A stretch of 64,000 bases of DNA from an uncultured Bacilli bacterium. Its GTDB lineage: Bacteria > Bacillota_I > Bacilli_A > RF39 > UBA660. Shown here piece after piece: positions 19,494 through 28,513 of the stretch. The stretch spans positions 35,781 through 99,780 of the forward strand of contig CAKOQQ010000001.1 in the NCBI GenBank assembly GCA_934101425.1. Direction: 5' to 3'. Position 1 is the stretch's first letter. The number at the start of each line of letters is the position of its first letter. The notes under the pieces were generated by a model. The model was not told where the DNA came from and ran no database searches. It worked only from the letters and a program-made list of their open reading frames with translations. The translations under genes and the position numbers were made by a program.

Positions 19494-19823
19494 ATGAAAG
19501 AATTTCCGCCAAATATAAATCCCGAGTATTTTTCTTTATTAGCAGTTATAAGTGCTTATGTATATGAAAATGATTATAATGCAAATGAATTAAATTCAAT
19601 AGGTAACTGGTTAATATTATTAGGTCAATTTTTACTTACAACAGCCGCACAACAGCAACTTATAAACGCTAGATACTCAAATAATACAGGTAGTAATATT
19701 AAAAGTGATAGCGATAACCATTATACTAAAAATAAAGAAAAAGCTAATAAAGAAGACTTAGATAATTTAAAGAAAATAGTAGATGAAATTTTAGTTGAAC
19801 TAAAAAGAATAAATGATAAATAA
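19494..19823 (+). CDS. Hypothetical small protein. The only plus-strand gene in this region.
   Basis: 109 aa with a hydrophobic or amphipathic central segment (NWLILLGQFLLTTAAQQQL) and a K/E/D-rich C-terminus. I do not recognise a family. Confidence 0.35.
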   Translation: MKEFPPNINPEYFSLLAVISAYVYENDYNANELNSIGNWLILLGQFLLTTAAQQQLINARYSNNTGSNIKSDSDNHYTKNKEKANKEDLDNLKKIVDEILVELKRINDK

Positions 19824-19827
19824 TCAT

Positions 19828-21441
19828 TTATTCACTTAATTCTTTTTCTAATTTACCTTGTTTATCACCAAGTATACTTCTTTGTTCATTTACTTTATTT
19901 ATAGCAGAATTTATAGTATCTATATAAGTTACAAAGTTTGGTGTACCATTTGTTCTTACCCCAAGAGCTGATGATGTAAATGTATATTTTAGAAGTCCTA
20001 ATTCTTTATCAATCGAATTACCTATTTTTAATACTTGGATACTATTAAAAGTAGTTTCATTATATATTCTATCTATTTCATCTTGTAAAGCTACCATTTC
20101 CTCCATGATAGAATTTATATCAGAATTACTATTACCATTAGCAGCTTTAACTGATAATTCATTCATTCTTTGTAATATACTATGAGTTTCTGTTAGTGCT
20201 CTTTCCATTATCTTTATCGCACTAATTAGATTTCGTTTATATGAATCCATATCATCAGGGTTTAATTCTTTGCCTACTAATTTATCTAATATAACCTTAT
20301 TAGCAGTTATTTTATCATCAGTTATATTATTTATATCAATAATAGTTAAGCCTGTTGCACTAAATTTCAAACTAGAATCATTTACTGAATTAGCTATTTC
20401 ATCTAAATTTCTTTTAAATAAAGTATTTGCTTCTATAATAAGTGCTTTTTTATCTATTTCAGTATTAGTAGCCATTAAAGCTTGTACATGTAACTCTTGA
20501 GCTCTAGATAATACTTTAGTATATAAAGCTCTTTTACAAGCCTCATCTGCACATGATTCTAAAGATTTACTATATTCTAATGAATTTTGATATGCTCCAA
20601 ATATACTTCTTTGTTCACTTACTTTATTTATAGCAGATTCTATTCTTTTCATATAATCTTTAAAATCAGGAGTTGTTCTTTGCTTTACATCTAATCCTTC
20701 TGAATTAATAGTATATTTTAATAAATCTACTATTTCATTAAACATATTATCTTCTTGTAAAACTTTTTCATTTTGAAAAGATGTTTCATTATATATTCTA
20801 TCTATTCCATCTTGTAGCTCTATTAGTTCATCCATAATAGAAGCTATATCAGAACTTGTATTAGTATCATTTGCAGCTTTAACTGATAATTCATTCATTT
20901 TTTGTAATATGCCATGAGTTTCTGTTAGTGCTCCTTCAGCAACTATAATTTCACGTAATAATAAATCATTAAAATTGGCACTTGACTTACTAACACAACT
21001 AGCACTAGTAGTAAACTCTTCTATTAAAAATTTATCTTCTTCTATACTATAATAATTACAATATTTATCATTATAAAATACTGCTGACACTAGTAATCTA
21101 TTAGTCTTACGAATATATCCTGTAGTATCATTCAAAGCTTTATCCATACTTACCGTTTCATTTTCTACTGTTACACCTTTAAGTTCTAAAACATTAATTT
21201 TACCTTCTGTTAATGAATAATAACTATCTTTCTCATCACCATTTAAAAAATCATAATTATTTACACTTCTCATTACACTTTGTACAGAAGCTTTAAAAGC
21301 TTCTCTTTTTGAGTCTTCTACAATATTTAATACAGCAGGTACCGCTATTGCTGCAATTATTGCTAGTATTACTATTACTGCGAGTAACTCTATTAGTGTA
21401 AATCCTTTCTTACTTTTATAATTACCTTTTACTTTCTTCAT
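19828..21441 (-). CDS. Type IV pilin-like protein fused to two tandem flagellin D1-like units (pilin-flagellin chimera)
   Basis: The N-terminus MKKVKGNYKSKKGFTLIELLAVIVILAIIAAIAVPAVLNIVEDSKRE is a prepilin signal. The body contains AEGALTETHGILQKMNELSVKAANDTNTSSDIASIMDELIELQDGIDRIYNETSFQNEKVL. This is near-identical to the B. subtilis Hag D1 N-helix (AEGALTETHAILQRVRELVVQAGN...EIDGISNRTEFNGKKLL). It also contains IESAINKVSEQRSIFGAYQNSLEYS, matching the Hag D1 C-helix (AINQVSSQRAKLGAVQNRLEHT). A second unit follows (ALTETHSILQRMNELSVKAANGNSNSDINSIMEEMVALQDEIDRIYNETTFN; INSAINKVNEQRSILGDKQ). The flagellin D0 termini are absent. Confidence 0.85.
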   Translation of the reverse strand: MKKVKGNYKSKKGFTLIELLAVIVILAIIAAIAVPAVLNIVEDSKREAFKASVQSVMRSVNNYDFLNGDEKDSYYSLTEGKINVLELKGVTVENETVSMDKALNDTTGYIRKTNRLLVSAVFYNDKYCNYYSIEEDKFLIEEFTTSASCVSKSSANFNDLLLREIIVAEGALTETHGILQKMNELSVKAANDTNTSSDIASIMDELIELQDGIDRIYNETSFQNEKVLQEDNMFNEIVDLLKYTINSEGLDVKQRTTPDFKDYMKRIESAINKVSEQRSIFGAYQNSLEYSKSLESCADEACKRALYTKVLSRAQELHVQALMATNTEIDKKALIIEANTLFKRNLDEIANSVNDSSLKFSATGLTIIDINNITDDKITANKVILDKLVGKELNPDDMDSYKRNLISAIKIMERALTETHSILQRMNELSVKAANGNSNSDINSIMEEMVALQDEIDRIYNETTFNSIQVLKIGNSIDKELGLLKYTFTSSALGVRTNGTPNFVTYIDTINSAINKVNEQRSILGDKQGKLEKELSE

Positions 21442-21502
21442 AATATCCCTTACTCTCTACTATAACAAATATAGCATATTTTAAACAAAAAAGGAAGACC
21501 AA

Positions 21503-21751
21503 TTAGTCTTCCATAAGTCCTACATATTCAAATATGGTTTGTGCTAAATCTAAGTCTGTAACTGCTTCTACAACTTTTACACCATCATTTAAGAATTCAT
21601 GTAATAGTTCGTATGAATCTGTTACTTCTTTTGCATCATCAGTTGTTTTTACACATACATAATAATTTTCATCTTCATATATAGCTTGTCTTAATATTAA
21701 ATATTTTTCACCATTGCCTAGTGTCATTACTTGATTAATTCTATTTTCCAT
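21503..21751 (-). CDS. Small acidic protein, possibly DUF1292 (YrzB-like)
   Basis: 82 aa. The pattern VMTLGNGEKYLILRQAIYEDENYYVCVKT, followed by an acidic C-terminus, resembles YrzB family proteins. Confidence 0.35.
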   Translation of the reverse strand: MENRINQVMTLGNGEKYLILRQAIYEDENYYVCVKTTDDAKEVTDSYELLHEFLNDGVKVVEAVTDLDLAQTIFEYVGLMED

Positions 21752-21759
21752 AAACTCTC

Positions 21760-24666
21760 CTATCTAGTTCTTCCACCAGTAGTATTTTCATTTACTTCTT
21801 CTGGAGGAGTTAATCCTAATGCTGCATAGAAGTTATTAGCATCATCTAATGAAATACTACTATCCATACTATTTTCTGATTGTACTTCTACAGGTGCTGG
21901 TGGTTCTACTGGCAATTCATAAATAGGTTCACTGCCAGCATGCCCAACTGGAACAAATTCTTCTTTTATAAGTTCATCATTTTCATTAACTTTTGAATCT
22001 TTTGATTCTTCAGGAGTTTTATTTACGTCATCATATGAAATTCCTAATGATTCATAGAAATCTTTAACATCATCTTCTGAAATTCCACTATCTAATTTAT
22101 TTTCACTTGAACTTGGATTTCCATTTGGATTATTTTTATCAACTGTAACATTTACTTGATTTCCATTTTTTTCTGCATCAATTATAGAATCTCCATAATT
22201 TGCATCTATATTACCATTATCATTATATACATATTCTCCACTACCATTTATTATAGATTCACCTGGATTTAATATAATTTCACTTAAATCTGGTGTAACT
22301 GGAGTTGGATCCGGAGTTACAGGTGTTGGATCTGGTGTAACTGGAGTTGGGTCCGGAGTTACAGGCGTTGGATCCGGTGTAACTGGAGTTGGATCTGGTG
22401 TAACTGGAGTTGGATCTGGTGTAACTGGAGTTGGATCCGGAGTTACAGGTGTTGGATCTGGTGTAACTGGAGTTGGGTCCGGAGTTACAGGCGTTGGATC
22501 CGGTGTAACTGGAGTTGGGTCTGGAGTTACAGGTGTTGGATCAGTATTTGATGGTGTAGAAGGTGTAGTTGGAGTCTTATCAGGAGTTGTTTTATCTGTC
22601 TTTGTTGGTGTTTCAGTATTAGTATTATTTTTTTCTTCTTCTAAATCATCAAAGTTAAATGTAGGCATTTCTACTTCATCTACTATGCCAGTAGTTGGAG
22701 CATCACTTATATTTCTAGTATTTGCATCACAACCTTTTAATCCTACTAAAAGCCCTGCTACTACTAATCCTCCAGCAGCAATTTGTTTCTTATGTTTTTT
22801 AACCCATTCTAATGCTTCTTTACCTTTTTCTCTCATTTTTTTACCAAGGTCTTTTAAAGCAACTATTACGCCTTTCTTTTCAGCGTCATTTTTTAATTCG
22901 TTAGATGCTGGTTCAAAAGCAACAACTGGAACTACTGTTTTACCTTTATCTTTTTCAGGTTCTACTACTGGAGCAACTGGTACTACTGTAGTTTTTTCTT
23001 CCTTTTCTTCTTCTTTAGTTTCTTCAGCAGCTGGAACAAGAATATTTTTAGGAATTTCAACCTTAAGTAATTCTTTACCATCTGGTCCAAAAATTACTAT
23101 AAAGTTTCTTCCATCTTTATCTTGGTTAACAACACCATTTAATGGTGTTGCACCTGTACCAAGTACAAATGGAACTGCTGTTTTATCTTTTTCTTCAGGT
23201 TCTACTACTGGAGCAACTGGTGTCACTGGAGTTTCTTCTTTAGCTTTTTCTTCAGCTTCTTTCTTTTCTGCTTCTTTTTTAGCTTTTATAGAAGCATCTA
23301 AATCACCAACTATATGATCTATAGTTTCAGAAACATTGAATTCAATAAATGCTAATCTTGATTTAGTAGCTGCTATACCTGCAACTAATTCATCTCTTTC
23401 AATTCTATCTAATCTTTGTTGTGATTTATTTATTTTCTTAGCATCTTCAGCTATTTCTTTATTTATTTTTTCTATTTCTGTTTTTAATGGTTTTGTTAAT
23501 TCTCTTAATCTATCAATATTACCACTTAACATGCCTTTTTCACTTCTTAAAGTATGCATTGTAGTCATATTTCTAGTAATTTCTTGATTTTTTCTTTCAA
23601 TTTCAGCTCTTAGGTGTTTTCTCATTGGATGGTTTTGACTAGGTAGACCATCCATTTCTTTTTGTCTTTGTTCAATTATTCTTTGAGCTGATATATTTGC
23701 AGCTTCTAACTTACGAACTTCATTATTAATTTCTGCAATTCTAGCTCCATTAGCTTTAATTTCATCAGTATAACTATCTAAGTCATTTTGTTTAGATTCT
23801 TTTATTTCAGTTAATCTAGCACCTAAAACACCACGATAATTATCTTCATTTGATAATTTTTCTTCTAATTCAGCTAATCTGGGTTCATATTTAGCTAATG
23901 CATCTTCTAGTTGTATTCTTTCTTCACTTCTAGCTGCTGCATCTCTAAGTAAGAATTGTTTAGGTAATCTATCTCTATATTCTTCTAACTTAGCCATTAC
24001 AACTTCTTCACTAATGTTACCTCTTTCAACATCAGTAATTAAATCATTTAATGAAGTTGCAAAATTATATTCAGCTAACATAGATTCAGTACTAGCATTC
24101 TTAATTTCAGTATTTAATCTAGTTATTTCAGCTCTATCAGCATCTTTTAATGCTTCAATATCAACTGTTGCACTACCTGTAGTAGCTTCTTCTTGTTCTT
24201 TTATTGCTTCTTCAAGTTCATGTATGTTAGCATTTAATTCTTCTAAGTCGCTATTTCTTTTAGCAGCTCTTCTTTCTAATCTTTGAATATTAGAATCTAA
24301 AGTAGTAAGTAAAGCTTGATCATTATATTGTTCAGCTAATTCTCTATTTTTTCTTTCTTGTTCTAATCTTCTATCGATACCAATAATATCAGCTGCAAGT
24401 CTATCACTTCTAGCAATCATATCTTCTAAGTCTACTTTATTTTGTTCAACACTATTGTCATATAAAGCAACTCTACCAGTTCTATAATTTTCATCATTTT
24501 TTAATTTTTCTTCTAATTCGCTAATTCTTCTTTCAGCACGTTCAGTAACTCTTCTTGCTTGATCAAATCTTTTAGCTTGTTCACTAATAGTTACTTCATC
24601 TAATCCGTCAATAGGTAATTGACTTTTTAAATCTCTTAGACTTTTTAATATTTCTTCTCTTTCCAT
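21760..24666 (-). CDS. Large membrane protein with four parts. There is an N-terminal coiled coil of about 470 aa, then a single transmembrane segment, then a PT-rich linker of 14 tandem DPTPVTP repeats, and a C-terminal region.
   Basis: 968 aa with no signal peptide. The first ~470 aa is a heptad-rich R/E/L/A/D-rich sequence. The hydrophobic segment is IAAGGLVVAGLLVGL. The tandem repeat is (DPTPVTP)x14. Two C-terminal motifs have the pattern DDxxxFYxxLG(I/L). Confidence 0.6.
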   Translation of the reverse strand: MEREEILKSLRDLKSQLPIDGLDEVTISEQAKRFDQARRVTERAERRISELEEKLKNDENYRTGRVALYDNSVEQNKVDLEDMIARSDRLAADIIGIDRRLEQERKNRELAEQYNDQALLTTLDSNIQRLERRAAKRNSDLEELNANIHELEEAIKEQEEATTGSATVDIEALKDADRAEITRLNTEIKNASTESMLAEYNFATSLNDLITDVERGNISEEVVMAKLEEYRDRLPKQFLLRDAAARSEERIQLEDALAKYEPRLAELEEKLSNEDNYRGVLGARLTEIKESKQNDLDSYTDEIKANGARIAEINNEVRKLEAANISAQRIIEQRQKEMDGLPSQNHPMRKHLRAEIERKNQEITRNMTTMHTLRSEKGMLSGNIDRLRELTKPLKTEIEKINKEIAEDAKKINKSQQRLDRIERDELVAGIAATKSRLAFIEFNVSETIDHIVGDLDASIKAKKEAEKKEAEEKAKEETPVTPVAPVVEPEEKDKTAVPFVLGTGATPLNGVVNQDKDGRNFIVIFGPDGKELLKVEIPKNILVPAAEETKEEEKEEKTTVVPVAPVVEPEKDKGKTVVPVVAFEPASNELKNDAEKKGVIVALKDLGKKMREKGKEALEWVKKHKKQIAAGGLVVAGLLVGLKGCDANTRNISDAPTTGIVDEVEMPTFNFDDLEEEKNNTNTETPTKTDKTTPDKTPTTPSTPSNTDPTPVTPDPTPVTPDPTPVTPDPTPVTPDPTPVTPDPTPVTPDPTPVTPDPTPVTPDPTPVTPDPTPVTPDPTPVTPDPTPVTPDLSEIILNPGESIINGSGEYVYNDNGNIDANYGDSIIDAEKNGNQVNVTVDKNNPNGNPSSSENKLDSGISEDDVKDFYESLGISYDDVNKTPEESKDSKVNENDELIKEEFVPVGHAGSEPIYELPVEPPAPVEVQSENSMDSSISLDDANNFYAALGLTPPEEVNENTTGGRTR
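22292..22542. repeat. Coding tandem repeat with a 21-nt unit (42-nt super-unit), about 12 copies, encoding DPTPVTP
   Basis: ggtgtaactggagttggatcc / ggagttacaggtgttggatct alternate on the plus strand within CDS 21760..24666. Confidence 0.85.
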
Positions 24667-24680
24667 TCTTTACCTCCTCT

Positions 24681-26048
24681 TTATTTTCTATTACAGTATT
24701 TGAATATTACTTCAACCTTTAATTCTTCATTATCTTCAATATCTTTTAAAGATTTAACATCATATTCAAGTTCTTCTAAACTTTTTAACATTTCATTTTT
24801 CTTTAATGCTTCTTTATTTACTTTAACCCATTCACTTGAAGTAGAAGGCATTTTGTCGTCTTTTTCTAACTTATAGAATCTATATACTGTAGCTTTAGTA
24901 GATTCATCTTTAATATATCCACTTGCTGGTGCAGATAAATAATATGTATTTTCATCACTAGCACTTGTTTTATTTGATGGATAATATGATCTATATGATT
25001 TAGTATTCTTATACCATTGATATGCAGTTACTGTTTTACTTTGACATCTAATGCCATTAAATCTATAATCTGCGCTATTCTTTTCTGATTCTTTACATAC
25101 TGTTGTAGTCCAATTACTCCAGTTTTCACATACTGTTCCGTCTTGTACTACTGTGTGCCCATCACAAGTTGCCACTATACCATTTGTTCCTTGTGAAGTA
25201 TCTACTTCTAAGAATGAACCTGTAGTTCTATTTGGACAATATACTGTAGATAAAACATTTTGTCCTGGTAGTCTAGAATCTTTACATACAAATCTCCATT
25301 TTGCTACTACTTGTTTTCTATAATAAGTAATATTTTTAGAATTTCCTTTATTTGGATAACCACTTGGTGCAGTTGCACTATAAGCGCCATTATTCCAGTA
25401 TGAAGTTCCACCAGCTACTTCTTTATAATATTTGTAACCAGTAGATCCTTTGTCATCTGTTAAATTATATTCACTATTTGGAGCAGTTTTATAATATTCC
25501 TTAACTTTGTTAATATCAGTTTCTTTGTTAGGATAATATACTTTAGTTCCTTTTTCTAATCTAGAAGCTATGAAACTAAATTCTACATTTGATGAATCAA
25601 CTTCTAAATCTGATTCTTTGCCTGTAACACATCCGCCAAAAGTAGTTTCTTCGCTAGTACAATTTAAAACTGGTGTATATTGATAATTTCCACTTTCTAA
25701 TTTACTAACTTTTACATAAGTACTTGCATCAGCACAATCACTAAATGAATCTGGATACTTAAGTAAATTTTCACTCTTTAAATCTTTTAAAGTAACAGTT
25801 ACTTGATCACCATAAGATTCAGGTAACTTATCTGCATAATTCTTATAGTATTCTTTAGCAGCTTTTACTAAATCATCGTATCTATCTACATTAGATTTTC
25901 CACAACCTTTTAGTAAAAGTAATATAATAATAACTGCAACAATTACTAGTATACCAAAAAAGATTCCCTTTACTATTTTCTTTCTATTCTCTTCTTTTTC
26001 TTCGTCTAATTCTTCACTTTCGTATTCATACGAATCGTTTTTAAACAT
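24681..26048 (-). CDS. Type II membrane protein with an acidic cytoplasmic tail and a Cys-rich extracellular domain, hypothetical
   Basis: 455 aa. An N-terminal E/D-rich segment (ESEELDEEKEENRKK) is followed by one transmembrane helix (IFFGILVIVAVIIILLLL). The ectodomain has about 16 Cys and many Tyr, Asn and Thr. A 14-nt gap separates it from the upstream large gene. Confidence 0.45.
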   Translation of the reverse strand: MFKNDSYEYESEELDEEKEENRKKIVKGIFFGILVIVAVIIILLLLKGCGKSNVDRYDDLVKAAKEYYKNYADKLPESYGDQVTVTLKDLKSENLLKYPDSFSDCADASTYVKVSKLESGNYQYTPVLNCTSEETTFGGCVTGKESDLEVDSSNVEFSFIASRLEKGTKVYYPNKETDINKVKEYYKTAPNSEYNLTDDKGSTGYKYYKEVAGGTSYWNNGAYSATAPSGYPNKGNSKNITYYRKQVVAKWRFVCKDSRLPGQNVLSTVYCPNRTTGSFLEVDTSQGTNGIVATCDGHTVVQDGTVCENWSNWTTTVCKESEKNSADYRFNGIRCQSKTVTAYQWYKNTKSYRSYYPSNKTSASDENTYYLSAPASGYIKDESTKATVYRFYKLEKDDKMPSTSSEWVKVNKEALKKNEMLKSLEELEYDVKSLKDIEDNEELKVEVIFKYCNRK

Positions 26049-26122
26049 AAAATCACCATTCCCTCAAGTATAATATACCATTTTTATTATAATTTATCAA
26101 GAAAAAAGAAGATTTTATCTTC

Positions 26123-27370
26123 TTATTTTACATAATTTACAAATTCAGCAAATGTTGTTGTAGAAGCTATTGTATATCTTGGTATTCTGTATAAATCCGT
26201 TCGCTTTTGGTATGCAACACCTTTTACACCTGCAGCCCCTATAAATGCCATCCTATATCCAGCTTTAATTAATTCTTGTTTTGAATAATCATTATATTCA
26301 TAAAATGGATAGCAGAATACTTTAGAGCCGCCTAAAATTTCGCTACTTTTCTTTAAATCTTCTTGAATAGTTGCACTAGGCAAGCACTTAATTCCGCCGC
26401 CTTGACCACCAGGACAAACACCAGTAACATGCATACCATGGCTATGTGAGTGTAATTCTAAATAATCACTTTTAAAATTTTCTGGTTTATATGTATTTGT
26501 AATTAAAAACATAGTTGCATGAACTTTATACTTTTCAAGAATTGGAATTGCTCTAAGTCCTAAATATCCATCATCAATAGTTATAACGGCACTTTTTTCT
26601 GGAATTCTAATTTTACCAGTTAAAAATAATTCTAAATCATTCATTTTTAAAGTAAAATATCCGTTTTCACTTAGATAACCCATATGAGATGAGAACTGGC
26701 TTTCAGTATGACAAATGATATTTGTACATACTTCTGTTTTAGGATCATAAATCGCATGATAAACTAAAGTTCTAATCCACGTTCTTGTCTTAGCTTCAGT
26801 ATTGATTTTATCGACTATAGTAGCATCATCTTTTAAGATATACATTAGTTTATTATTATATTCAACATAATACTTATCATCATCAAGAATAATAATCGGT
26901 AAACTAACTCCTTCATTTATACTATATGTTAACTTTCCATCAATATATAAATTCGTAGTATCTTTAGTAACTGCATTTACGTTAAATACAACATAATTTT
27001 TATACCAGTCATCAACTTCAGTAAGACTATCTATTTTCTTTATATCTTTATAATCTATATACCAATCCTTATTTTTAATTTTAAAATATTTAGTGTTTTC
27101 ATCTATTTCAGTTTCATCTAATTCTAATTCATCATTTACTTTACCTATTATATTACCATTAGCGTCATATAAATTAACCAAATCATTAGTTTTAACATAT
27201 TTACTATAACAATTTTGTATTTCTGCTTTTTTAGCTAATCTTTCATTTTCATTATATATTTTTTCTTTTTTTAGTTTTTCTCTACTATAAAACGAATACC
27301 CAAATATTCCTGCTATAATAATAACCAATATTATAAACATAGCTCTTATCTGTTTCATAAAATCACCCAT
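26123..27370 (-). CDS. Membrane-anchored polysaccharide deacetylase (CE4/NodB family)
   Basis: An N-terminal transmembrane helix and CE4 motifs: ITIDDGY, HATMFLI, LELHSHSHGMH, YRIPRY. Confidence 0.75.
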   Translation of the reverse strand: MGDFMKQIRAMFIILVIIIAGIFGYSFYSREKLKKEKIYNENERLAKKAEIQNCYSKYVKTNDLVNLYDANGNIIGKVNDELELDETEIDENTKYFKIKNKDWYIDYKDIKKIDSLTEVDDWYKNYVVFNVNAVTKDTTNLYIDGKLTYSINEGVSLPIIILDDDKYYVEYNNKLMYILKDDATIVDKINTEAKTRTWIRTLVYHAIYDPKTEVCTNIICHTESQFSSHMGYLSENGYFTLKMNDLELFLTGKIRIPEKSAVITIDDGYLGLRAIPILEKYKVHATMFLITNTYKPENFKSDYLELHSHSHGMHVTGVCPGGQGGGIKCLPSATIQEDLKKSSEILGGSKVFCYPFYEYNDYSKQELIKAGYRMAFIGAAGVKGVAYQKRTDLYRIPRYTIASTTTFAEFVNYVK

Positions 27371-27407
27371 TTTATTATACCATAAGTATACAAAAAAGAA
27401 GCACTAT

Positions 27408-28505
27408 TTATGCTTCATTTAAACTTTTTGTTAATTTAATTTTAATTTCTTTAAATTTAGAATCTCTATAACATTTAACAGTAATAGTGTCTCCTACATC
27501 GTATTTATATAATAAATATCTAAAATGAGCACTACTTTTTACTTTAACATTATCAACAGATGCTATAACATCTCCTTTTTTAAGTCCTGCAATATCTGCT
27601 GGGCTACCATCTTCTACTGATGTTATAACCACTCCATTTTCTACTTCATCATCTATTTTTATGCCTTCTCTATATAAATTCCATTCATCAGTAATTTCAG
27701 TCATAGTTACGCCTAAGTATGGTCTTACTATAGCTTCTCCCTTTTCAAGCCTATCAGTTAATCCCATAACTATTTCAATAGGAATAGCAAAACCCATACC
27801 TTCTACATTTTCATCCACTATTTTTAGAGAATTAACACCAATTACCTCTCCATTTATATTACATAAAGGTCCTCCACTATTTCCTGGAGAAATAGCTGCA
27901 TCAGTTTGAATTACTTCCATAATAACACTGGTATTATTTGATTTAACAGAAACTTCTCTTGCAGTACCTGATAAAATACCTTTTGTAACAGTACCAATAT
28001 ATTCTATGCCAAGTGGTGATCCTACTGTAAATAATGTATCACCAAGTTTAAGAGAAGTACTATCTCCAATACTTGCAACACCTTCTACACCATCAACATC
28101 TATTGCTAAAACAGCTATATCAGCATATTCATCACTACCTAAAACTTTAGCTTCTAAAGTAGCACCTGATGTACTAGTTACCATAACACTAGTTGCACCA
28201 TTTATTACATGATGATTAGTTATAATATAACCATATTTAGAATCTTTTTTATATACAAAACCTGTTCCGCTTGATGATAAAGTTTTATTTTTATATGAAG
28301 CTATATAATATACAGCATCATATATTTTTTCAATACCAGGTTGTATAGTATCATTTTCAGTAACAGAAACTGTTTTTACTTCTTCCTTTTTTACTATTTC
28401 AGTGTTTTCACCTTTCAAATAATTTTTATATATGAAAGCGCCACCGAAAAAACCTATAAATAAAGTTACTAAGACAGTAACAATATATACTATCTTTTGT
28501 CTCAT
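27408..28505 (-). CDS. htrA: HtrA/DegP-family serine protease with a PDZ domain
   Basis: Transmembrane anchor, then a trypsin-like domain with catalytic His (ITNHHVI), Asp and Ser (GNSGGPL), then a C-terminal PDZ (GVVITSVEDGSPADIAGLKKGDVI). Confidence 0.85.
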   Translation of the reverse strand: MRQKIVYIVTVLVTLFIGFFGGAFIYKNYLKGENTEIVKKEEVKTVSVTENDTIQPGIEKIYDAVYYIASYKNKTLSSSGTGFVYKKDSKYGYIITNHHVINGATSVMVTSTSGATLEAKVLGSDEYADIAVLAIDVDGVEGVASIGDSTSLKLGDTLFTVGSPLGIEYIGTVTKGILSGTAREVSVKSNNTSVIMEVIQTDAAISPGNSGGPLCNINGEVIGVNSLKIVDENVEGMGFAIPIEIVMGLTDRLEKGEAIVRPYLGVTMTEITDEWNLYREGIKIDDEVENGVVITSVEDGSPADIAGLKKGDVIASVDNVKVKSSAHFRYLLYKYDVGDTITVKCYRDSKFKEIKIKLTKSLNEA

Positions 28506-28513
28506 AAAGCCTC

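Noticed and set aside
22292-22542. Tandem repeat with a 21/42-nt period. Was it a CRISPR array?
   Set aside because: The repeats are contiguous with no unique spacers, and they lie in-frame inside the 968-aa ORF, where they encode DPTPVTP. It is a coding tandem repeat.
21760-24666. Considered an RsgI-type anti-sigma factor (cytoplasmic domain, transmembrane segment, PT-rich linker, sensor)
   Set aside because: It has no RsgI_N-like N-terminal domain and no adjacent sigI-like sigma factor gene. The cytoplasmic part is a 470-aa coiled coil.
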